A stretch of 64,000 bases of DNA, taken from an uncultured Planctomycetaceae bacterium (GTDB lineage: Bacteria; Planctomycetota; Planctomycetia; Isosphaerales; Isosphaeraceae). Shown in pieces: positions 20,918-33,120 of the stretch (position 1 is its first letter; each line of letters begins with the position of its first letter). Both the position numbers and the translations under genes were made by a program. The notes below the pieces were generated by a model that was not told where the DNA came from, made no database searches, and worked only from the letters and a program-made list of their open reading frames with translations. Where the stretch lies: assembly GCA_963833985.1 (NCBI GenBank), contig CAWIAD010000002.1, positions 4,928,001-4,992,000 of the forward strand. The letters run 5' to 3'.

Positions 20918-21655
20918 ATGAGAAAGACATTCCGGTCGTACCCGGCTCCCTGCGTTCTTGCGGTCGTCGCACTGGCGTGCCTCGCGGTCGTCGCGGACGA
21001 GCCGGCCGGGGTGCCCAGGGCGTTCCTCGACGGCACCGGACCGGGCTGGCGTGCGCTCGGAGAAGTGGACTTCACGGCGGTGAATTGCGATCCTGACACC
21101 TGGAGCTTCCGGGGCGGCGTGATCCACTGCACGGGCCAGCCGGTGGGCGTGATCCGCACCAGAAAGCCGCTCGTGAACTTCGAGCTCGTGGCCCGCTGGC
21201 GGCACCTCAAACCGGCAGGAAATTCGGGGATCTTCGTCTGGGCGCCCGAGCAAGCCCTCTCGGGTCTGAAGCGGAACGCACTTCCACCCGGCGGCATCGA
21301 GGTCCAGGTGCTCGACAACGGTTACGCCGAACAATATGAAAAGGAAACCGGCAAGAAGCCCGACTGGTTCACCACGCACGGCGACGTGTTCCCTGTCGGT
21401 TCCTCGACGATGAAGCCGTTTCCACCCATCTCGCCCGACGGCTCGCGCAGCTTCCCCCGCAAGCACCTGTCGAAAGGGGTCGGCCAGTGGAACCACTATT
21501 ACGTCCGCTGCATCAACGGCGAGGTGCGTCTCTGGGTCAACGGCGAGGAGGTCTCTGGCGGCACCGCCTGCAAGCCCGCGGCGGGGTTCCTCTGCCTGGA
21601 GTCGGAAGGGGCCCCGGTCGAATTCACTGACCTGCGGCTGCGCGAGCTGCCCTGA
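20918..21655 (+). CDS. DUF1080 / 3-keto-disaccharide hydrolase family protein
   Basis: GNSGIF, IEVQVLD, GQWNHY, LWVNG and LESEG motifs; signal peptide. Confidence 0.85.
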   Translation: MRKTFRSYPAPCVLAVVALACLAVVADEPAGVPRAFLDGTGPGWRALGEVDFTAVNCDPDTWSFRGGVIHCTGQPVGVIRTRKPLVNFELVARWRHLKPAGNSGIFVWAPEQALSGLKRNALPPGGIEVQVLDNGYAEQYEKETGKKPDWFTTHGDVFPVGSSTMKPFPPISPDGSRSFPRKHLSKGVGQWNHYYVRCINGEVRLWVNGEEVSGGTACKPAAGFLCLESEGAPVEFTDLRLRELP

Positions 21656-21771
21656 GGCACGTCCGTGCGGCTTCCGCCCGCCTCGTCTGGCTGTCATGAG
21701 CACCCGGTTGCAGATGCAGCCAATCGCTGCCGGACGATTCCGTCCGGGTTGGCGGATCACGCCAGGCTCGC

Positions 21772-21801
21772 TTGACAGCCTTGCCGGAATGTCGGGACAA
21801 T
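21772..21801 (+). promoter_or_regulatory. Putative sigma-70 promoter of metH
   Basis: TTGACA-18 nt-GACAAT. Confidence 0.4.
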
Positions 21802-21918
21802 CAAGACCCATTTGGCTTTACGCCGTGACGGCCAAACCCTGTTCGGCCCCCCAGACAGCTCTCCACGCCCGGGCGCCGGCCGAGATGACGGGATTCGCTT
21901 CCTACCCGACTCGAACGA

Positions 21919-25641
<3,723 letters not shown>

Positions 25642-25682
25642 TTCAGGGCACTCCCGGCGCGGCCGGGCGCACGCGGCATGTT

Positions 25683-25892
25683 CTACCTGGGCCGATCGCC
25701 GGCGGGCCGGGAAGCGATGGCCGAGAGCGACAGCGCGATGTAGGCCAGCGCGACCAGCACCATCAAGCTGCCGGAGTGAAAGTGTGCCGTGCGGAGCGCG
25801 GCCTGGCCGTTCCGGATCAACAGGCCCATGACCATCTGAGCCACGATCAGGATCGCCGAGAGAAGTCCAAGAATAATGAGCAGTGCCTTCAT
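25683..25892 (-). CDS. Small two-TM membrane protein
   Basis: 69 aa with two hydrophobic helices separated by AHFHSG. Confidence 0.65.
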   Translation of the reverse strand: MKALLIILGLLSAILIVAQMVMGLLIRNGQAALRTAHFHSGSLMVLVALAYIALSLSAIASRPAGDRPR

Positions 25893-26093
25893 GGAACGAA
25901 CCGACCTTTATTCAAAAGAGACCACAGTGAACCGGCCGCTGTCGCGGGGCGGCTTTCGAGAAGCGCGGGAACGGTTGGCCCGACAGCGCCATCGCATTGA
26001 TTCTCGCGCCCGGGCATCATGGAGGATAGTCGATCATGGCGATGGCGTCATCCGGGAGATGGCGGCGGGCCAGGCACCCTCGAGTGTCCTCCC

Positions 26094-26799
26094 TTGAACC
26101 AGCAGAGCGAGCAGATTCGTCAGAACGTGCAGAGTGTCCAGAGCCGGATCGCGGCAGCCGCGCGCCGGGCGGGACGAGAGCCGTCGTCGGTCCGGCTCGT
26201 CGCCGTCACCAAGAAATGGCCCGTGGAGCTGGTCCGTCCGCTCCTGGCTTGCGGCGTGCTCGACCTCGGCGAGAACTATCCGCAGGAGCTCTGGCGCAAG
26301 GTCGAGGCGCTCTCGGACGCCGATCCCCCCGCGCTGGCACCTCATCGGGCACCTGCAATCAAACAAGGCGCGCCGCACCTTGCCGCTGGTCCGCATGATC
26401 CACGCCGTCGATTCGCTCAAGCTCCTGCAAGGGCTCGACGACCTGGCCGAGAGCGTTTCCAGCCCGCCGGCGATCTGCTTGCAGGTGAATACTTCGGGAG
26501 AGGAGTCCAAGCACGGCTGGTCCGGGGAGAGCCTTTTCGCCGATGCCCAGTCCATCGCAGCCTGCCGGCGAATGCCGATCGTTGGCCTGATGACCATCGC
26601 CGGCTGGGGCACGGATTGCGAGACGGCCAGGCCCTCGTTCGTCCAGCTTCGCCGCATACGTGACGCGCTGCGGGTGCGAACCGGCCTGCCCTTGCCCGAG
26701 CTGTCGATGGGCATGTCCGGAGACTTCGAGGCCGCCGTCGAGGAGGGCGCCACGCTCGTGCGCGTGGGCTCCGCGCTGCTGGATGGAGTGCAGGGATGA
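26094..26799 (+). CDS. yggS: YggS/PLPBP pyridoxal phosphate homeostasis protein (frameshift in a C-run near 26325)
   Basis: LVAVTK and LGENYPQE, then [33 protein letters not shown] and VRVGS in the next frame. Confidence 0.9.
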
Positions 26800-27119
26800 T
26801 CGACCTGGCGGTTCATTCCGAGGGTACGGTGCTGGCGGTGCACGCGCAGCCGGGTGCCCGGCGGAACGCCGTTCTGGGGCTCCGCGCGGGAGCCCTCCGG
26901 GTTGCCGTCACCGCGGCGCCGGAGAAGGGAAAGGCCAACGCCGCCATCGCCGCCGTACTGGCCGATACTCTCGGCTGCCGCTCGTCGCAGATCGCGCTGC
27001 TTTCCGGCGAAACCTCGCGTCAGAAGCGGTTCCTGGTCGCCGGCGTGGCCCCCGATGAGCTGCGTCGCCGTCTGGATGCCCTGCTGGAAGCCGGTGGGGC
27101 GAGCTTACCTCTGTCATGA
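26796..27119 (+). CDS. DUF167 (YggU) family protein
   Basis: VHAQPGA, VTAAPEKGKAN and SGETSRQK; ATGA-coupled to yggS. Confidence 0.88.
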   Translation: MIDLAVHSEGTVLAVHAQPGARRNAVLGLRAGALRVAVTAAPEKGKANAAIAAVLADTLGCRSSQIALLSGETSRQKRFLVAGVAPDELRRRLDALLEAGGASLPLS

Positions 27120-28452
27120 AGGCCACGGATCCCGCCATGCCCACGTACCCCGAGGAGATCCTCATCGAGCCCTGGAGCGGACCGCCGCCAACGGCCACGG
27201 TCCAAGTGCCCGGCTCCAAGAGCCTCACCAACCGGGCCCTGGTTCTCGGGACCCTGGCGGAAGGCCCCAGCACCTTGACCGGGGCTCTCGACAGCGAGGA
27301 CACGCGCGTGCTCATCGACGCGCTGCAAGCGCTGGGGATCGCCGTCGCGCACGATACGGGCGCCGCCCGGATCCGCATCGAGGGCTGCGGTGGTCGCATC
27401 CCCCATGCCCAGGCGCGCCTGCACGTGGCGAACTCGGGGACAAGCCTCCGTTTCCTCACGGCCATGCTGGCCACCGCGACGGGAAACTACCACCTGGACG
27501 GAACTCCGCGGATGCGCCAGCGGCCCGTGGCCGACCTCATCTCGGCGCTCCACACCCTGGGCGTCAAGGTGCGGAGCGACCTGGGCACAGGCTGTCCGCC
27601 GGTCACCCTGGAAGGCGCGGCCTCGACGGCGGGTTCTGCACCGTGCGCGGCGACGTCTCCAGCCAGTTCCTGAGCGGTCTTTTGATGGCCAGCCCCTACG
27701 CCCGCGACGCCGTCACCATCGAGGTGCAGGGCACGCTCGTCTCCAGGCCCTATGTCGCGATGACCCTGGCGGTGATGGAAGCCTTCGGCGTGACCATCAG
27801 CAACCGCAAGTTCCGCCGCTTCGACATTTATCCCGCCCGCTACCGAGGCCGCGCGTACTTCATCGAGCCCGACGCCTCGGCCGCCAGCTACTTCTTCGCC
27901 GCGGCCGCGCTCACGGGCGGCAGCGTGAGCATCCCTGGCCTTGGAACGGCCAGTCTCCAGGGCGATCTCGCGTTCGTGGATATCCTCGAGCACATGGGCT
28001 GCACGGTGGATCGCCGGGCCGACCGCACCACGGTCACCGGCGGACCGCTCCGCGCGGTGGACGTGGACATGAACGCCATCAGCGATACGGTCATGACCGC
28101 GGCCGTCGTCGCGCTCTTCGCGGACGGGATCACCCGCATCCGCAACATCGGCCACATCCGCCACAAGGAGACCGACCGGATCGCCGCGCTGGCCACGGAA
28201 CTGCGCAAGCTCGGTGCCCGCGTGGACGAGCGGGACGACGGCCTGGTGATCGAGCCACCCGGCCCGGACCAGGGCCAGCGCCCGGGCATGGGCCCACCCG
28301 CCCGCATCGCCACCTACGACGACCACCGCATGGCCATGGCCTTCGCGCTGGCGGGGCTCAAGCTCCCGGGTGTGACGGTGCTCGACCCGGGCTGCGTGGC
28401 CAAGACCTATCCCGGCTACTGGGACGACCTCGAATCCTTGCGGTTACAGTAA
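27116..28452 (+). CDS. aroA: EPSP synthase (frameshift near 27615)
   Basis: PGSKSLTNRAL, NSGTSLRFL, SSQFLSGLL, IRHKETDRI, TYDDHRMAM and CVAKTYP. Confidence 0.93.
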
Positions 28453-28489
28453 CAGGGAGCCGCGCAATCCCTGGATGGAAAGCAGAGTG

Positions 28490-28637
28490 CTAGAGCGGTT
28501 TTCTGACGCGTTGCGGGCAGCTTCTGAGTTTTGGAAAGGGGGGCAGACATTCCTGTCTGCCAGGACAGGTTTGCTCCGGCAGGCAGGAATGCCTGCCCCC
28601 CGGTCTCAGTCTGCGATCCGAGTGAAAACCGCTCTAG
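28490..28637. mobile_element. 148-bp MITE-like element, copy 1
   Basis: Perfect 14-bp terminal inverted repeats CTAGAGCGGTTTTC / GAAAACCGCTCTAG, internal inverted REP-like hairpins, and a second copy at 30336-30483. Confidence 0.8.
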
Positions 28638-30017
28638 TAGCGCTGCTTGAACCGGGTCTCGCCGTCGCCCAGGCCACCCTTGAGCGGGACCTTGCGCTCG
28701 GGCGCGGGGGTGGCGGCGTCGCATCGTCCTCGTCGTCCTCCTCGGCAACAGCCGCCTCCTTCCCCTTGGCGGGAAGCAGCGAAAGGGCGATGCGCTTCAG
28801 GTCCGGCTCGACCTTGAGAATCCGCACCTCGACGTCCTGCCCGGCCTGTACGATGTCGGCGACTCGACGAACGCGGGTGGGAGAAAGTTCGCTGATGTGA
28901 ATGAGCCCCTCGACGCCCGACTCGAGCTCCACGAACGCGCCGAATTCCATGAGCTTGGTGACCTTGCCGGTGATCATCAGCCCGCGTGGGTATTTTACCT
29001 CCACCTTTTCCCAGGGACTGGGGGTGAGCTGTTTCAGGCCCAGAGTCAACTTGCGGGCAATGGCATCGATCTTGATGATCTTCACCTGGATCTTGTCGCC
29101 GGTCTTGACCAGGTCGTCGGCCTTCTGGACGCGCGACCAGCTCATCTCGCCGATCGGCAAGAGGCCGTCGACGCCGCCGAGATCGACGAATGCCCCGAAG
29201 TCCTTGATCGAGCGCACGGTTCCTTCGCGCACCTGACCGACCTCGAGCTCCGCCCAGGTCTTCTCGCGCAGCTCGGCCCGTTCCTGCTCCAGCAGATCCC
29301 GGCGCGAGATGACCAGGTTCTTCTCACGCGGGTTGACCTCGGTGACGATCGCCTTGAACTTCTGGTTCACGTACTCGGCGGCGTCCTCGACGCGCGACAG
29401 GTCGATCTGGCTGATCGGCATGAAGCCGCGGATGCCGTCCACGTCGACTTCCAGGCCGCCCTTGACGACCTTGGTGCCGCGCGCTTCCACGATGACCCCC
29501 TGGCGCAGGTTGTCCCAGCTCGCCTCGATCGCGGCGCCTTTGAGCCGCAGGTGCTGGATTCCCTCGCTGGTGTCGAAGTGATCGACGATGACCTCGATCT
29601 GGGCCCCGGGGGCGGGGACCTCGCCCTCGAACTGGTCAAGCGGCACAACCCCCTCGCTCTTGCCGCCGAGGTCGACGAAGAGGCTCCTGCCGCGGACGCC
29701 GATCACCTTGCCAACGGCCGTTCCCTTGCGCGCTTCCTGCCCGCGTTCCTTTCTTTCGCCATGCGGCTTATCGCCTGCGCCGGCCGGTCGCGGGCCACCT
29801 CGAACGATTTGGGGTCAAAGCCCGCCAGCGCAGCCTCCATCTCGGCCTCGAGCTCGGCGTCCCACTGCCGCTTGAGGGGAACCTCCAGGCTGGGTGCCGC
29901 GGGCGAAGCGTCCGCCATGGCCCGGTCCAGGGCCTCGTCGAGCGCCGCTTCCCGGCGGGAAGCGATCTTGCTGGGATCGGGAGTGGAGTGTGGTCCAGGA
30001 TTCGTCGTTTCGGCCAT
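28634..30017 (-). CDS. S1 RNA-binding multi-domain protein (RpsA-like paralog; frameshifts near 29740 and 28710)
   Basis: Four S1 repeats (FVDLGGKSEG, GFMPISQI, DFGAFVDLGGVDGLL, EFGAFVEL...GLIHISEL). N-terminus in ORF 29703..30017. The shifted C-terminus ERKVPLKGGLGDGETRFKQRY ends at TAG 28634-28636. Confidence 0.85.
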
Positions 30018-30282
30018 GGGCGTCTATCCGTCTGCGATCGTCGTCGCCGCGCTCGCGGCGCAAGTCTGTTCCTGCATAACAGCCTAGCGACTCCGGAAAG
30101 CACGGCCAAGGCAGACATGGCCAGAAGACGCTTGCGAAGCCAATGGAAGAATCAGAAGAGATCAACCACAGAGATCACCGAGAACACAGAGAAAGAGAAA
30201 TCAATGCAAAAAACGGTATGTTTTGCGTCCGACTCTTTGTAGTTGATTCTGCGTCCCGCGTTCCAGGATTTGACTATTCTTT

Positions 30283-30339
30283 GTTCTCAGTTCTCAATTC
30301 TCAATTCTCAGTTCTCAGTTCTCAGTTCTCAGTTCTCAG
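30283..30339 (+). repeat. Tandem heptamer repeat (TTCTCAG/TTCTCAA) x~8
   Basis: gttctcag ttctcaa ttctcaa ttctcag ttctcag... read directly from the sequence. Confidence 0.9.
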
Positions 30340-30483
30340 GGCGATTTTCTGACGGTTGCAGGCAGCTTCTGAGTTTTGGAACGAAGGGGCAGACATTCCT
30401 GTCTGCCAGGGCGGGCCTGCTTCGGCAGGCAGGAATGCCTGCCCCCCGGTCTCAGTCTGCGATCCAGATGAAAACCGCTCTAG
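30336..30483. mobile_element. 148-bp MITE-like element, copy 2 (left TIR degenerate)
   Basis: Collinear and highly similar to 28490-28637. Right end GAAAACCGCTCTAG; left end TCAGGGCGATTTTC. Confidence 0.8.
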
Positions 30484-30690
30484 TTCCCCTTTTCTCTGTG
30501 CTCTCTGTGGTTGATTCGTCTTGTCTGCCTTTCGACTGCCGACTGTCTTCTCGCAACCTGCACGGGTACTGGCCTCGTCCTGCCGGTTCGGTTAGGCTGA
30601 GGTGATTGCGACGAATCGCGCCGGCGGCCACGCTGGAGTCAACCATGGCTTCCGGCGGTTGAAATGCTCAACAGCACGGAGAGTCCGCCG

Positions 30691-31401
30691 ATGTCCCCAG
30701 CGCGCCTGACTACCGAGGAGCTCGAGTCGCTCCGGCGCTACAACACGCCGACGATCTCGAACGCCATCGAACTGTTCAACGTCCGTCCTCGGGATACCGG
30801 CTTCCTCCCCCATTTCATCCGCTGCCTGCTGCCGGAGCTGGGGGTGATTGTGGGCTACGCGGTCACTTGCCAGACCACGGCGGCCCCGCCTGCCGCCGGC
30901 GAGACGCCCGCGGACGTGCTGGCCGACTACTTCCGGTACGTTGCCTCCGTACCCGGCCCGAAGATCGCGGTCGGCGAGGATATCGACGACCCGCCGGGCC
31001 TGGGCGCCCAGTTCGGCGAGGTGACGGCGACGATCCACCAGAAGCTGGGCTGCGTCGGTCATATCACGAGCGGTTGCCCGCGCGACCTGGACGAGGTGAG
31101 GGCACTCGGGTTCGCTCTTTTCGGACTCAACCCCTGCGTCAGCCATGCCTACGTGCGGCTCGTCGATTTCGGCAATCCGGTGACGCTGGGCGGCGTGACG
31201 ATCCGGCCCGGGGACCTGCTCCATGCCGATCAGCACGGCGCCTGCATCATCCCTGAGGAAGTCGCACCGAGGCTGGTGGACGCCTGCGCCGAGGTGGAGC
31301 GGGTGGAGCGGCCCTTGCTGGAGATCTGCCGGTCACCCGAGTTCTCTCTGGAAAGTTATATAACCCTGCGCACCCGGACGCAGTCCAGGACCCATGAATG
31401 A
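30691..31401 (+). CDS. RraA family / HMG aldolase-like protein
   Basis: TPTISNAIE, VGYAVT, FGEV, GCPRDLDEV and IRPGDLLHADQHG. Confidence 0.88.
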   Translation: MSPARLTTEELESLRRYNTPTISNAIELFNVRPRDTGFLPHFIRCLLPELGVIVGYAVTCQTTAAPPAAGETPADVLADYFRYVASVPGPKIAVGEDIDDPPGLGAQFGEVTATIHQKLGCVGHITSGCPRDLDEVRALGFALFGLNPCVSHAYVRLVDFGNPVTLGGVTIRPGDLLHADQHGACIIPEEVAPRLVDACAEVERVERPLLEICRSPEFSLESYITLRTRTQSRTHE

Positions 31402-31455
31402 CGAGCCAGGGCCGATAAGATGAGATGGGAGAGTACAAGGGTGCGGGCCCGCCGC

Positions 31456-31926
31456 TCAGACCACGCGTCGCGCGCCTGGCTGGACAACCGCGACTGGCTC
31501 GAAGCGGCGGTTCCGTCCCACCACCTCGTCGGGCCGGATCTCGTCAAGCCGCTTGCCGGTGGCGAGCCACTGCCGCTTGTGGTACTCGAACACGGCGGTG
31601 GCAAGCCTGCCCGAGGCCAGCGGGTCGAACGGGTTGGCGTCGAAGTGAACGCACACCAGCGCCAGGAAGCGCCGGGTCTGCCGGTCGCGCGCCCAGAGCA
31701 CGTCGTCGTGCCAGCGGGCCTCGTCCCAGCGCGTGCCCTCGGCGGGGTCGACGCGGCAGAGCGCGGTCATGAACCGTGCCTCCAGCCACTCGCGCTGCTG
31801 ATGGAACGACTCGCGGGCCTGGTCCACGTGCAGATCTTCGAAGAAGACGCGGAGCGGGCGGTGCAGCAAGAAGAATGCCGCAACCAGGCAGAGGGGCAAG
31901 ACACCAGCCCAGATCAGCCAACTCAT
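31456..31926 (-). CDS. Hypothetical membrane-anchored protein
   Basis: N-terminal TM, then ARESFHQQREWLEARF...ATAVFEY. Confidence 0.7.
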   Translation of the reverse strand: MSWLIWAGVLPLCLVAAFFLLHRPLRVFFEDLHVDQARESFHQQREWLEARFMTALCRVDPAEGTRWDEARWHDDVLWARDRQTRRFLALVCVHFDANPFDPLASGRLATAVFEYHKRQWLATGKRLDEIRPDEVVGRNRRFEPVAVVQPGARRVV

Positions 31927-32059
31927 CTTCGGATCCCCGGCGATGCCCCGGAACGTGCACACGGACGCCTTATTCTAGAGTTGCCGGCTTGAAGTAAGCA
32001 AGTGACGGAATCGAAGGAACTCGGCGCGGCAGGTGGCATGACCACAAGGAACGACCAGG

Positions 32060-32959
32060 ATGGCCAGCTCACCCAGAAAACCCCGGGCCCGGAAAACACA
32101 GTCGTGCAAGTTCGGTGCCCACATGTCGATTGCCGGCGGCTGTGAACGGGCGGTCGCCGCGGCGCACGAGGTCGGTTGCGAGGCTTTGCAGATCTTCACC
32201 AAGAACAGCAACCAGTGGAAGGCGACGCCGCTGACGGCCGACCAGGCAGCCGCGTTCCGTCTGGCCATCCAGCAAACCGGGATCGGGCATACCGTGGCGC
32301 ACACCTCGTACCTGATCAACCTGGCCAGCCCGGACGATGCACTCTGGAAGCGGTCGATCGAGGCCCTGGTCGTCGAGGTCGGACGGTGCCACGACCTGGG
32401 CATTCCGGATCTCGTGGTGCACCCCGGTGCTCACATGGGTAGTGGCGAGGACGCCGGGCTGCGGAGGATCGCCATGGCGATCGACGAGCTGCACCGCCAG
32501 GTCGAGGATCCCGGCGTGCTCCTGGACCTGGAAACGACCGCGGGGCAGGGGACTTCCCTGGGCTGCCGGTTCGAGCACTTGCAGGCCATCCTCGAGCTCG
32601 TGGAGCACCCGGACCGCCTGGGTGTTTGCGTGGACACCTGCCACATTTTCGCGGCAGGCTATTCTCTGGATGGCCAGGAAGAGTACGATGAAACGATCCG
32701 GCAACTGGACGGGATCATCGGCATCAACCGGTTGCGCGTCTTGCATTTGAACGATAGCAGCCGTGAGCGCGGCAGCCGCGTGGACCGGCACGCCGGGATC
32801 GGGGCCGGCAAGATCGGCCTGGACGCCTTCCGGCGGATCGTCAACGACCTGCGGTTCCGCCACCTGCCGATGATCCTGGAAACGCCCAAGGGAATCGAGA
32901 ACGGCGAGGATCTGGACACCCGCAACCTGAAGACCCTCAGGCAGCTCGTGGTCGCGTGA
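32060..32959 (+). CDS. nfo: Endonuclease IV
   Basis: GAHMSIAGG, QIFTKN, HTSYLINL, VVHPG, ETTAGQG, DTCHIFAAG, HLNDS, DRHAGIG and ILETP. Confidence 0.95.
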   Translation: MASSPRKPRARKTQSCKFGAHMSIAGGCERAVAAAHEVGCEALQIFTKNSNQWKATPLTADQAAAFRLAIQQTGIGHTVAHTSYLINLASPDDALWKRSIEALVVEVGRCHDLGIPDLVVHPGAHMGSGEDAGLRRIAMAIDELHRQVEDPGVLLDLETTAGQGTSLGCRFEHLQAILELVEHPDRLGVCVDTCHIFAAGYSLDGQEEYDETIRQLDGIIGINRLRVLHLNDSSRERGSRVDRHAGIGAGKIGLDAFRRIVNDLRFRHLPMILETPKGIENGEDLDTRNLKTLRQLVVA

Positions 32960-33120
32960 GTGGCCCGGACCGATCCGAACCCAATCGGTCCGATTTGGTC
33001 CGCTCCAGCTCGCCGCGCCCCCCTCTTTCCCGCCAGGCATTCCGCGCGTCGCGTCCTGATGCTCGTGTTCAGGGCGATCGCGCTTGCAAAGACCTCAAGG
33101 TCCTGTTGGGGATTGATGTC

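Larger units (their letters stand above)
30161..30515. repeat. ACCACAGAG-type inverted repeat element enclosing heptamer repeats and a MITE
   Basis: ATCAACCACAGAGA (30161-30174) / TCTCTGTGGTTGAT (30502-30515), plus CACAGAGAAA/TTTCTCTGTG and a degenerate right arm near 30233-30248. Confidence 0.7.

Noticed and set aside
21656..21918. SAH/SAM riboswitch upstream of metH
   Set aside because: Only CCAGGCTC matches. The other conserved elements are absent, and it lies upstream of the predicted promoter.
27116..28452. aroA and other frameshifted genes as pseudogenes or programmed frameshifts
   Set aside because: Motifs are intact, there are no in-frame stops, and several indels fall in homopolymer runs across unrelated genes. 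Sequencing error is more likely.
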